Shown here in pieces: positions 1 through 7,324 of a stretch of 16,865 nucleotides of DNA. The translations under genes and the position numbers were made by a program. How positions within the stretch are numbered: position 1 is the first letter of the stretch; each line of letters opens with the position of its first letter. Source of the DNA: Pseudothermotoga sp. Its GTDB lineage: Bacteria > Thermotogota > Thermotogae > Thermotogales > DSM-5069. Location of the stretch: the NCBI GenBank assembly GCA_041640575.1, contig JBEPZZ010000035.1, positions 1 to 16,865 on the forward strand, read 5' to 3'. The notes under the pieces were generated by a model, which made no database searches, was not told the DNA's origin, and saw only the letters and a program-made list of their open reading frames with translations.

Positions 1-1
1 T

Positions 2-394
2 GTCGAAAATGGAGGAAAACTTTTTGTTTGGCATTCGGGACTAGCTTCTTATCCAGAAAATGGATCTTTTTGTTCCACTGTGAGGGGTTATTTTAAATAT
101 CATCCTGATAAGCACAAACCAGTTCGCTATCATTCGTATGGTAAAAGTGTTTTCAACAAACAGATTGTCGATCTGACGATTCTTGATGAACACTATTTTG
201 TATATTGTGACGAAAGAAACACCAATGTGTATTTGTACTCCGAATCCGAAGATGGACAGTCAATCGCTGGATGGTGGCACGATTTGAGAAACGGCAGGGT
301 GATAACTCTCACACCCGCACACAGGAAAGAGGTGCTTTTAAATAAAGATTTCCAAAATCTACTGAGAATAGTGATTGAGAAACTTTTTGAATGA
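2..394 (+). CDS. ThuA-like (class I glutamine amidotransferase-like fold) domain protein, 5'-truncated by the window
   Basis: The frame of ORF 80..394 is open back to base 2 (VENGGKLFVWHSGLASYPENGSFCSTVRGYFKYHP...), so the real start lies upstream of the window. Motifs ENGGxLxxxHS, GxFxxHP, DEHY and GWxxxxxxGRVxxxxxxH resemble ThuA-domain proteins. Stop TGA at 392-394. Confidence 0.7.
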   Translation, partial: VENGGKLFVWHSGLASYPENGSFCSTVRGYFKYHPDKHKPVRYHSYGKSVFNKQIVDLTILDEHYFVYCDERNTNVYLYSESEDGQSIAGWWHDLRNGRVITLTPAHRKEVLLNKDFQNLLRIVIEKLFE

Positions 395-465
395 ATGAAA
401 ACGTCAGACTAAATGCTCCTATAGTCGTGAGGAATTGAGGAATAACCGTAAAAAGAATGCATTGT

Positions 466-504
466 AAAAAAAATAAAAGCAGCGTTTTTTGACGCTGCTA
501 TTTT
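466..504. terminator. Bidirectional intrinsic terminator
   Basis: Stem AGCAGCGT (478-485) / ACGCTGCT (492-499). It is followed by ATTTT on + and by a long T-rich tail on - (A-tract 466-477). It lies between the convergent ThuA-like gene and znuB. Confidence 0.8.
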
Positions 505-506
505 AT

Positions 507-534
507 ATTATACCATAAATATCAAATTTGTCAA
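507..534 (-). promoter_or_regulatory. Consensus sigma70-type promoter pointing leftward (proximal)
   Basis: On the - strand: TTGACA (534-529), 16-nt spacer ending in TGG, then TATAAT (512-507). Both hexamers are perfect and there is an extended -10 TGn. Confidence 0.7.
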
Positions 535-536
535 GC

Positions 537-558
537 ACCAATTTTGGTTACAAACCAA
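537..558. promoter_or_regulatory. Operator-like palindrome(s)
   Basis: TTGGTT-ACA-AACCAA (544-558), overlapping ACCAA-TT-TTGGT (537-548). It sits between the two leftward promoters. GGT..ACC half-sites are typical of GntR/FadR-family operators (inference). Confidence 0.4.
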
Positions 559-579
559 TAACTCTACAATCTTTTTTAT

Positions 580-608
580 ATAATATCATGCCGGCGTAAG
601 ACTGTCAA
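580..608 (-). promoter_or_regulatory. Near-consensus sigma70-type promoter pointing leftward (distal)
   Basis: On the - strand: TTGACA (608-603), 17-nt spacer ending in TGA, then TATTAT (585-580), with an extended -10 TGn. Confidence 0.6.
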
Positions 609-640
609 GTTTAACCGGTAGGAGTTTTCAAAGAATGAAT

Positions 641-1450
641 TCATTTCCTCTTAACTAAAACTGTGGTCAGCAGAACAGTGAAAGCTGTGAGGGCTATCGT
701 TGGTCCTGGCGGTAAATCGAAATAATAAGCAATAGTAAAACCTGCTATGGAGCTGAAAATTGAAAAGAGTAGCGATGAGACAATTATCCTACTGAAACTT
801 TTTGAAATTAACTTGGCAAAAACACCTGGCAACACAACGTAGGTTCCCATTAAAATGATTCCGGCTACTTTCACAGCAGCTACTACTGCCAGCGATACAA
901 GGAGAATTATCAAGAAACTTATCAAATTAACATTTATGCCATAGAATTCAGCTGCTTTCTCATCACTGATGTAGTAAACCATATCCCTCCAGAAAAAAAG
1001 GTAAAAGACAATTGTAAATGTGATTACTCCAACTACAAATAGCAAGTCAACTCTGTTCACTAACAAGACGTTGCCAAAAAGATAACTTGACAAATCTGCC
1101 GTGTAACTTTTGCTCTTTGAAAGCAATATAACACCAAATGCCATAAAGACAGGAAGCAATACACCAATAGTGCTACTTTCGTAAAATTTACCTTTTCTAG
1201 ATAAATACCACACAAAAGTCGCGAAAAGAACACTTCCGAGTGTTCCAAAAATTATTACACCAAACGACAAAATGGACGCAATAGCAAGACCAGCAAAAGT
1301 TGCATGGGCGACTCCATCACCAATGAACTCTAGCTTCTTGTAAGCGATTATTGGTGAAATGAAAGCTGCCAAGAATGAAACCAAGATCGTTCCTAGAAGC
1401 GCCGTTCTTAGAAATTGGTACATCATCAGGTCTTTCAGCACTTTTATCAC
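641..1450 (-). CDS. znuB: Zn/Mn ABC transporter permease (ABC-3 family)
   Basis: 269 aa, hydrophobic multi-TM. Motifs FIGDGVAHATFAG, YLFGNVL, DEKAAEFYGI and DLPPGPTI. The GTG start overlaps the znuC stop (GTGA, 1447-1450). Confidence 0.9.
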   Translation of the reverse strand: MIKVLKDLMMYQFLRTALLGTILVSFLAAFISPIIAYKKLEFIGDGVAHATFAGLAIASILSFGVIIFGTLGSVLFATFVWYLSRKGKFYESSTIGVLLPVFMAFGVILLSKSKSYTADLSSYLFGNVLLVNRVDLLFVVGVITFTIVFYLFFWRDMVYYISDEKAAEFYGINVNLISFLIILLVSLAVVAAVKVAGIILMGTYVVLPGVFAKLISKSFSRIIVSSLLFSIFSSIAGFTIAYYFDLPPGPTIALTAFTVLLTTVLVKRK

Positions 1451-2172
1451 TCCCGGTGTTCAACTTCGTAGTGGTCGTCGGAACGTATCCAAATATCGAA
1501 CTGTCCAAACATTTCCTTCAACTTTTCAGGTTTAATTTTTTCAGTCGGGCCATGGCAATGAAGCGTTTTGTTCAAACAAAGAATGGTTCGGCATTCTTTG
1601 AAAACAAGGCCTATATCATGGCTGACCATGACTATGGTCAGCCCTTTTTCTCTCTTCAAATCGGATAGTAGCTCATAAAAGGTGCTTTTTCCCATCTCGT
1701 CAACACCGGAATCAGGTTCGTCGAGTAGCAATATGTCCGCATCGGATAGCAGAGCTCTGGCAAGTGATGCTCTTTGCAATTCGCCACCGGAAAGAGTTCC
1801 GACAAGATGACTTGCTTTATCTTCAAGACCAACCTGCCCCAAAACTGCAAAAGCTTGACGTTTTTCTTGATCCCGCCATCTCCTTTTCTTCACATAAAGA
1901 GGAAGCGAAACGTATGTCAACACATCGATTGGAAACTCTCTATTTACCGTGTTCAACTGTGGCTGGTACCCTATCTTGCCATTGATTTCAACCTTTCCTG
2001 TGTAATCTTTTATCTCGCCAACAATTACCTTCAACAACGTTGTTTTGCCTGCACCGTTTGGACCTATTATTCCGACAAATTCGCCCTCTTTTACCTCGAA
2101 AGATACATTCTTTAGTACATAATAGTCTCCAAATCTTACTGAGAGATTTTCTACCTTTATCTTTGTCTTCAT
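1447..2172 (-). CDS. znuC: Zn/Mn ABC transporter ATP-binding protein
   Basis: Walker A GPNGAGKTT, signature LSGGE, Walker B LLLDEP, H-loop VSHD, and a His/Cys-containing C-terminus (HCHG...DDHYEVEH). ATGA overlap with the znuA stop. Confidence 0.92.
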   Translation of the reverse strand: MKTKIKVENLSVRFGDYYVLKNVSFEVKEGEFVGIIGPNGAGKTTLLKVIVGEIKDYTGKVEINGKIGYQPQLNTVNREFPIDVLTYVSLPLYVKKRRWRDQEKRQAFAVLGQVGLEDKASHLVGTLSGGELQRASLARALLSDADILLLDEPDSGVDEMGKSTFYELLSDLKREKGLTIVMVSHDIGLVFKECRTILCLNKTLHCHGPTEKIKPEKLKEMFGQFDIWIRSDDHYEVEHRE

Positions 2173-3041
2173 GGCTTGTTCTCCATTCCTATTGCTTTTT
2201 CAATTGCCTTAAGCAGACTTTCAAAATAATCAACCACGCCTTTTGCATCCACGCCAAGATGGTCTATTGTCACGATTTGTCTTTTAAGTTCTTTTGCTAT
2301 TGGTTCAAGGAGCCTTGCGTTAAACTGTTTTTCGGCAAATATACCAATCAGTTTTCTATCTTTTGCCTTTGCTATTATTTCCATTATTTTCTTAGCGCTT
2401 GGTTCCTTTCCATGCCCTTCCTCGAGTGCAAGCGTTTCTATCTCGTATGGCTCGGTTAAGTAAACTATCGAAGGATGAGTTATTATTAGTACGCCACCTT
2501 TGTATTTAACCAAGATTTCTTCGAATCGATCTATCACTACGATTAATGAATTTCTCAGCTTCACTGCGTTCTTTTCGTATATCTCTTTATTCTTAGGATC
2601 CTTTTCTGAGAGCTTGTTCACTATGCCAGGGATTATGTAATCTCGAACAAGCAATGGTGAAATCCATATGTGTGGATTGAACTCCTCGGTTTCGTCTTCT
2701 TCATGTTCGTGATCTTGCTCACCTTTCAAAAACAGTTCCTGTGGGATAAAATCGCTAACATATACAACATTTTTGTAGTCCTTCAGATATGCATCTAGCC
2801 CTAAGCCATTGGCAACTATGAGATCAGCCGTGCTGAGTTTTCTGACATCTGAGATCGTCGGTGAGAAGGTATGAGGATTTACATTGGGTTTGACAAGCAA
2901 AGATAGCTGGCTATCAGTTCCCGCAACAAGTTCCATGAGAATAAGATAATACGGATTAATGGTTACTACAATATTTAAAGCAAAAGAAGCTACTGCAACT
3001 AAACTTAATATAACTAACAAAAGTTTTCTTTTCACTTTCAT
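2169..3041 (-). CDS. znuA: Zn/Mn ABC transporter substrate-binding protein (cluster A-I)
   Basis: Metal-ligand motifs NPHTF, NPHIW and THPS, plus a His/acidic loop EQDHEHEEDETEE. N-terminal signal peptide KRKLLLVILSLVAVASFA with no lipobox Cys. The start is ATG 3041 (overlapping the regulator stop) or GTG 3035, which is better spaced from GGAGG at 3048-3044; the ORF-track start 3068 is unlikely. Confidence 0.88.
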   Translation of the reverse strand: MKVKRKLLLVILSLVAVASFALNIVVTINPYYLILMELVAGTDSQLSLLVKPNVNPHTFSPTISDVRKLSTADLIVANGLGLDAYLKDYKNVVYVSDFIPQELFLKGEQDHEHEEDETEEFNPHIWISPLLVRDYIIPGIVNKLSEKDPKNKEIYEKNAVKLRNSLIVVIDRFEEILVKYKGGVLIITHPSIVYLTEPYEIETLALEEGHGKEPSAKKIMEIIAKAKDRKLIGIFAEKQFNARLLEPIAKELKRQIVTIDHLGVDAKGVVDYFESLLKAIEKAIGMENKP

Positions 3042-3409
3042 CTCCTCCTTTCCAAACAGTTTCTGCAAATTCCATAAAAGATAACCATATGTTCAATCAC
3101 CTTAGCGCCGGTTGATTTTTCGACTTTAGATTCTTCAACCTCGCAGAACTTAACAGGTATTATGCTGTTACAGTTATTACAGACAAAATAATGTGTATGC
3201 CTTCCTGCTGGGTAATAATAATTGACACCATGAAGCTCAAAGGATTTTAAAAGATTATCACGTTCAAGAATCCCAACGTTTCTGTAAATGCTTGGAATCG
3301 GGATTTTGGTTTTATCAGAAATCTGATAAACCGTCAAAGGGATATCACAGTTAGTGAGTAACTCGAGAATTCTTTCACTCGTTTTGGTTAGATGTGTGGA
3401 TCTTTGCAC
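3038..3409 (-). CDS. zur: Fur-family metalloregulator, probably Zur
   Basis: SIYRN recognition helix, HTHYFVCNNC and C-terminal GICRNC (two CxxC). First gene of the znuACB operon. Start reassigned to GTG 3409 (123 aa) because SD GGAGG lies at 3424-3420; the ORF-track extension to 3484 merely translates the operator and promoter. Confidence 0.8.
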   Translation of the reverse strand: MQRSTHLTKTSERILELLTNCDIPLTVYQISDKTKIPIPSIYRNVGILERDNLLKSFELHGVNYYYPAGRHTHYFVCNNCNSIIPVKFCEVEESKVEKSTGAKVIEHMVIFYGICRNCLERRR

Positions 3410-3427
3410 TAGAACAATCCCTCCCTT

Positions 3428-3444
3428 ATAATGATTATCATTAT
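3428..3444. promoter_or_regulatory. Fur/Zur-family operator (autoregulatory)
   Basis: Perfect 8-1-8 inverted repeat ATAATGAT-T-ATCATTAT. The - strand reads ATAATGATAATCATTAT, the inner 17 nt of the classical Fur box. It lies between the -10 and the SD of the regulator. Confidence 0.85.
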
Positions 3445-3445
3445 T

Positions 3446-3474
3446 ATTATACACGATGATCGGGAAAATAACAG
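3446..3474 (-). promoter_or_regulatory. Promoter of the zur-znuACB operon
   Basis: TATAAT on - at 3451-3446, and a weak -35 CTGTTA (3474-3469) at 17-nt spacing. The predicted TSS falls inside the Fur-type box. Confidence 0.6.
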
Positions 3475-3627
3475 GCTTTGCCAAGATTCTATTTCCGTCT
3501 GGCTGAATTTGATAGCTTCAAGAATCTTAACGCTTTCAAAATCAAAAATGTGAAAGCTAATAGTTATGATTTACTTTTATGTCACGTTATCTTATACGAG
3601 GCTTAACCAATACTTTTGGACTGATGC

Positions 3628-3636
3628 TGGTATAAT
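3628..3636 (+). promoter_or_regulatory. Extended -10 promoter of the arg operon
   Basis: TG-G-TATAAT (3628-3636), with no convincing -35 at canonical spacing. Predicted TSS is about 3643. Confidence 0.65.
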
Positions 3637-3663
3637 TTCGTCAAACAAAGCTGGGGGTGTCAC

Positions 3664-3750
3664 ATGGAATCTAAATCTTACCTGATTAAACAAACATACA
3701 CGATGAATATAAGGCGAACAAAGGGCCGGTGGCTGCAAGAAGGCAGCTAG
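3664..3750 (+). CDS. Putative arg operon leader (attenuator) peptide, 28 aa: MESKSYLIKQTYTMNIRRTKGRWLQEGS
   Basis: SD-like GGGGGTG (3653-3659), ATG 3664, TAG 3748-3750. Arg codons AGG (3712-14), CGA (3715-17) and CGG (3727-29). The ORF overlaps the alternative RNA helices upstream of a terminator. Confidence 0.72.
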   Translation: MESKSYLIKQTYTMNIRRTKGRWLQEGS

Positions 3751-3809
3751 CCCTTTGTTGCCTTTTTGCATCCAGCGGCCATATCGATTGATATGGCCGA
3801 TTTTTTTTT
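3711..3809 (+). promoter_or_regulatory. Transcription attenuator (protector / antiterminator / terminator helices)
   Basis: Protector: 3711-15/3760-64, 3717-26/3750-59 and 3730-36/3743-49. Antiterminator: 3724-3744 pairs with 3760-3780 (18 Watson-Crick, 1 GU, 2 mismatches). Terminator: 3776-85/3790-99 plus T9. The antiterminator is incompatible with both other helices. Confidence 0.8.
3776..3809 (+). terminator. Intrinsic terminator in the argG leader
   Basis: Perfect 10-bp stem CGGCCATATC-GATT-GATATGGCCG followed by A and nine T (3801-3809), ending about 30 nt before the argG start. Confidence 0.9.
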
Positions 3810-3838
3810 ACATTCTCAAGATCATTGGAGGTGGTTGA

Positions 3839-5098
3839 ATGAAGGAAAAAGTGGTTCTCGCCTACAGCGGAGGGTTGGATACTTCTGTCATTTTGAAATG
3901 GTTGGTTGAAAAGGGTTTCGAAACGATAGCTTACATTGCCGACGTTGGTCAGCAAGAAGATTTTGACCATATCAAGCAGAAAGCTATTGCAACTGGTGCG
4001 TCAAAAGTTTATGTGGAAGACTTAAAGGAAGAATTTGTCAGAGATTACATTTTCGTCGCGTTGATGGGAAATGCCATGTACGAGGGAAGATATCTCCTTG
4101 GAACTTCACTGGCCAGACCATTGATTGCAAAGAAGCAAGTTGAGATAGCTCAAAAGGAAAATGCAAAATACGTCGCCCACGGTGCGACTGGAAAAGGAAA
4201 TGATCAAGTTCGATTCGAACTGACCTATGCTGCCTTGGATCCGACATTAAAGGTGATCTCTCCATGGAAAGACCCAGAATTTCTGAGTAAGTTCAAAGGC
4301 AGAACAGATTTGCTGAATTACGCGAAAGAGAAAAATATTCCTGTTAAAGCTACAGCTGAAAAACCCTATAGCGAAGATGAAAATTTGATGCATATCTCCC
4401 ATGAAGCCGGGAAGCTTGAAGACCCTATGTATCAACCAGAGGAACAGATTTTCAGCAGGACTGTTTCGCCGAAAGAAGCACCAGATGAAGAAACAATTCT
4501 TAAAATTCATTTCAAAAATGGCATCCCAATTAAAGTTGTGAACCTTAAAGATGGTACTGAAAAAGACAAACCTCTTGAGCTTTTCACGTACCTAAACGAA
4601 ATCGGCTTCAAAAACGGTGTTGGAAGAGTTGATATGGTTGAAAACAGGTTCATCGGAATCAAGTCCAGAGGTGTATACGAGACGCCCGGAGCAACAATAT
4701 TGTGGATCGCGCATCGAGATCTTGAAGGAATTGCGATGGATAAAGAAGTCATGCACCTTAGAGACATGTTATCCCCAAAATTTGCTGAGCTTATCTACAA
4801 CGGTTTTTGGTTTTCCCCAGAAATGGATTTTTTGCTCGCCGCTTTTAAGAAGGCTCAAGAATTCATCGATGGATGGGTAATTGTGAAGATTTACAAAGCT
4901 AATGTCTGGCCGGTTGCAAGATATTCTCCCACATCCTTATATGATCAGAATCTCTCCAGCATGGACATCGAAGGAGGATTCAACGCTCTTGATTCAAAAG
5001 GCTTCATAAATATTCATTCCATAAGACTGAAAGCACATAACGTTGTTCTTGGTTCCAAAAATCCCTTCTTGTGGAGAAAGGGGTTAACTGATGTCTGA
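3839..5098 (+). CDS. argG: Argininosuccinate synthase
   Basis: Motifs [24 protein letters not shown] and [26 protein letters not shown] at 3827-3833. Confidence 0.98.
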   Translation: MKEKVVLAYSGGLDTSVILKWLVEKGFETIAYIADVGQQEDFDHIKQKAIATGASKVYVEDLKEEFVRDYIFVALMGNAMYEGRYLLGTSLARPLIAKKQVEIAQKENAKYVAHGATGKGNDQVRFELTYAALDPTLKVISPWKDPEFLSKFKGRTDLLNYAKEKNIPVKATAEKPYSEDENLMHISHEAGKLEDPMYQPEEQIFSRTVSPKEAPDEETILKIHFKNGIPIKVVNLKDGTEKDKPLELFTYLNEIGFKNGVGRVDMVENRFIGIKSRGVYETPGATILWIAHRDLEGIAMDKEVMHLRDMLSPKFAELIYNGFWFSPEMDFLLAAFKKAQEFIDGWVIVKIYKANVWPVARYSPTSLYDQNLSSMDIEGGFNALDSKGFINIHSIRLKAHNVVLGSKNPFLWRKGLTDV

Positions 5099-6290
5099 AA
5101 AACTTTGGGACAAAGGGTACGAATTGAATAAGGTCGTCGAGGATTTTACGATTTCAGATGACTATCTCATCGACATGAATTTGATCAATTATGACATTCA
5201 AGCAAGCATTGCTCACGCAAAGATGCTTCACAAAAGAAAGTATCTGTCCGACGACGAGTTTTACCTGATGAAAAAAGCCATGCAAAAACTGAAAAAATTG
5301 GTTGAAACTGGGAGATTTCAAATAGAGAAAGAAGAGGAAGACTGCCATACAGCAATAGAGAATTTTCTTGTCAGAGAAATAGGTGAGATCGGCAAGAAAG
5401 TGCATACAGCAAGGTCCAGAAACGATCAAATTTTAACAGCTATCAGATTATTACAGAAAGACCAACTTTTAAAGGTTCAAGATATGATAAGGGCCCTACA
5501 GAGAAATTTGAAACTTTTCGCCAAAAAATACGGCTTTGTGCAGTTTGCAGGTTACACTCACACAAGAAAAGCTATGCCAACGGACTTCAAGACCTATGCT
5601 GGGGCTTTCATTGACGCACTCGAAGATGATTTGAAGTTGATTAATGCAGTTTACAAGGTAATTGATCAATGTCCTCTTGGAACAGGAGCCGGTTACGGTG
5701 TACCGGTTGATATTGACAGAAAATTCACAGCTGAAGAACTGAAGTTTAAAAAAGTTCAGCAAAACCCAATTTATGCGCAGAATAGCAGAGCAAAGTTCGA
5801 CGCTCTTGTGCTGCAAGCGCTTTGCCAAGTTGGTTATGATTTGAACAAACTATCAACTGATTTGATATTTTTCTCAACTGATGAAATTGGCTACATTCAA
5901 CTTCCAAAAGAATTTTGCACAGGTAGTTCGATAATGCCCCACAAGTTTAACCCAGATCCATTGGAACTCATCAGAGCCAACTACCATAGATTGGTGGCAA
6001 ATTTGATGCAAACACTTTCGCTTTCCTCCAACCTGATTTCTGGATATCATAGAGATTTTCAGCTCTTAAAAAAGCCTTTGATTGAAAGCTTCGATTTACT
6101 GAAGAAAATGCTTTTGGTAGCAGGATTAATTGTTAAAGAAATGAAAGTAAATCAAGAAAAATGCAAAGAAAGCCTGACGCAAGATGTTTTCTCAACTCAT
6201 AAAGTTTTCGAACTTGTGCAAAAAGGGATACCTTTTAGGGAAGCTTATAAGATCGTTGCTTCGCAGTATACAAAGGGGGCTGAGGCATGA
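5091..6290 (+). CDS. argH: Argininosuccinate lyase (short, 399 aa form)
   Basis: Motifs [24 protein letters not shown] and the fumarase-family signature [12 protein letters not shown]. Overlaps argG by 8 nt. Confidence 0.96.
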   Translation: MSEKLWDKGYELNKVVEDFTISDDYLIDMNLINYDIQASIAHAKMLHKRKYLSDDEFYLMKKAMQKLKKLVETGRFQIEKEEEDCHTAIENFLVREIGEIGKKVHTARSRNDQILTAIRLLQKDQLLKVQDMIRALQRNLKLFAKKYGFVQFAGYTHTRKAMPTDFKTYAGAFIDALEDDLKLINAVYKVIDQCPLGTGAGYGVPVDIDRKFTAEELKFKKVQQNPIYAQNSRAKFDALVLQALCQVGYDLNKLSTDLIFFSTDEIGYIQLPKEFCTGSSIMPHKFNPDPLELIRANYHRLVANLMQTLSLSSNLISGYHRDFQLLKKPLIESFDLLKKMLLVAGLIVKEMKVNQEKCKESLTQDVFSTHKVFELVQKGIPFREAYKIVASQYTKGAEA

Positions 6291-7309
6291 TAAAAGTCAG
6301 TATCATTGGCGTGACAGGTTACACTGGTTTGGAACTACTTAGAATACTCAGGAAGCATCCTTACGTTGTGTTAGATCATTTATCCTCAAAATCTCATACT
6401 GGAAAAAATCTAAGTTTGTATTTCCCGTTCAGTTTTGAGGAAAAAGTTGTGGAGGATCTTGAAACGTCAATTGAACTTGCGCAAAACAGCGACGTGGTAT
6501 TCCTTGCAGTTCCTGCTGGTTCATCCTACGAAATAGCAAAGAGACTCTCGAAACCACGAATCATTGATCTTGGCGCAGATTTCAGATTTGACGATCCCAC
6601 TGTTTACGAAAAATGGTATGAGAAGAAGCTTGAAAGTTACGAAAAGTTCGAAAGAGTCTATGGTCTGACGGAAATTTATAGAAGTAAAATCAAAACTTCC
6701 AAAGTTGTAGCCAATCCTGGATGCTATCCGACCTCCGTTATTCTGACTTTAGCGCCAATTCTGAAAGAAAAACTGGTTGATGAACCCATAGTGATTGTCG
6801 ATTCAAAATCCGGTGTATCCGGGGCTGGAAGAAAGGAAAGCGCGGAATACTCATTTTGTGAAATCAATGATGGGATGAAACCATACAGCGTGGCCAAGCA
6901 TCGACATGTACCTGAGATGGAACAGGAACTAGCTAAATTATTTGGCGCGAGTCTTCAGATTGTTTTTACGGCTCAGCTTGCGCCAATCACTCGCGGAATC
7001 CTCTCCACGGTTTATGTGAGAACTAAGGCAAGTTTATCTGATGTTTATGAACTATACAGAAAATTCTATGACAAAGAAAGGTTTATCCATGTGCTTGAAC
7101 CAAACATTTTTCCATCAACCAAATGGACATATGGGAGTAACCACAGCTTCATATCAATGTCAAAAGATGAAAGAACCAATACATTGGTTTTGATCAACGT
7201 TTTAGACAACCTCGTGAAAGGTGCCTCTGGCCAAGCAGTTCAAAACATGAATGTGATGTTTTCACTTGAAGAACAAGCAGGGCTTGATGAAAATCCAATT
7301 TTTCCATAG
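6287..7309 (+). CDS. argC: N-acetyl-gamma-glutamyl-phosphate reductase
   Basis: Motifs GVTGYTG, IDLGADFR, ANPGCYPT (catalytic Cys), SGVSGAGR, HRHVPE and DNLVKGASGQAVQN. Confidence 0.97.
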   Translation: MIKVSIIGVTGYTGLELLRILRKHPYVVLDHLSSKSHTGKNLSLYFPFSFEEKVVEDLETSIELAQNSDVVFLAVPAGSSYEIAKRLSKPRIIDLGADFRFDDPTVYEKWYEKKLESYEKFERVYGLTEIYRSKIKTSKVVANPGCYPTSVILTLAPILKEKLVDEPIVIVDSKSGVSGAGRKESAEYSFCEINDGMKPYSVAKHRHVPEMEQELAKLFGASLQIVFTAQLAPITRGILSTVYVRTKASLSDVYELYRKFYDKERFIHVLEPNIFPSTKWTYGSNHSFISMSKDERTNTLVLINVLDNLVKGASGQAVQNMNVMFSLEEQAGLDENPIFP

Positions 7310-7324
7310 AAGGGGGAGTGATAT

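Noticed and set aside
412..445. TGAGGAATTGA resembles the 3' end of some thermophile CRISPR repeats (…TGAGGAATTGAAAC)
   Set aside because: Single partial copy, no GAAAC end, no repeat-spacer periodicity and no cas genes in the window.
3449..3706. 11-nt direct repeat ATACACGATGA at 3449-3459 and 3696-3706
   Set aside because: Two copies in unrelated functional contexts (zur promoter spacer and leader ORF), not palindromic; plausibly chance.
3500..3720. ArgR ARG boxes near the arg promoter (TGAATTTGAT at ~3504, TGAATATAAG at 3704)
   Set aside because: Only TGAAT half-sites are present, without the matching ATTCA/ATGCA half, and none overlaps the -10. A degenerate site cannot be excluded without a matrix scan.
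3643..3809. T-box riboswitch as the explanation for the argG leader terminator
   Set aside because: There is no T-box consensus (GGTGGnACC; the nearest, GGTGGCTGC at 3728-3736, is far from the terminator) and no recognisable Stem I. The leader ORF plus the 21-nt antiterminator explains the structure better.
3686..3970. 94-aa minus-strand ORF across the leader and argG start
   Set aside because: Antisense to argG and the attenuator, with no recognisable motif; treated as a shadow ORF.
5091..6290. ArgH is about 60 aa shorter than typical enterobacterial ArgH; possible pseudogene
   Set aside because: All catalytic motifs are present, the stop is coupled to the argC start, and ~400-aa ArgH is, as I recall, normal in Thermotogota.
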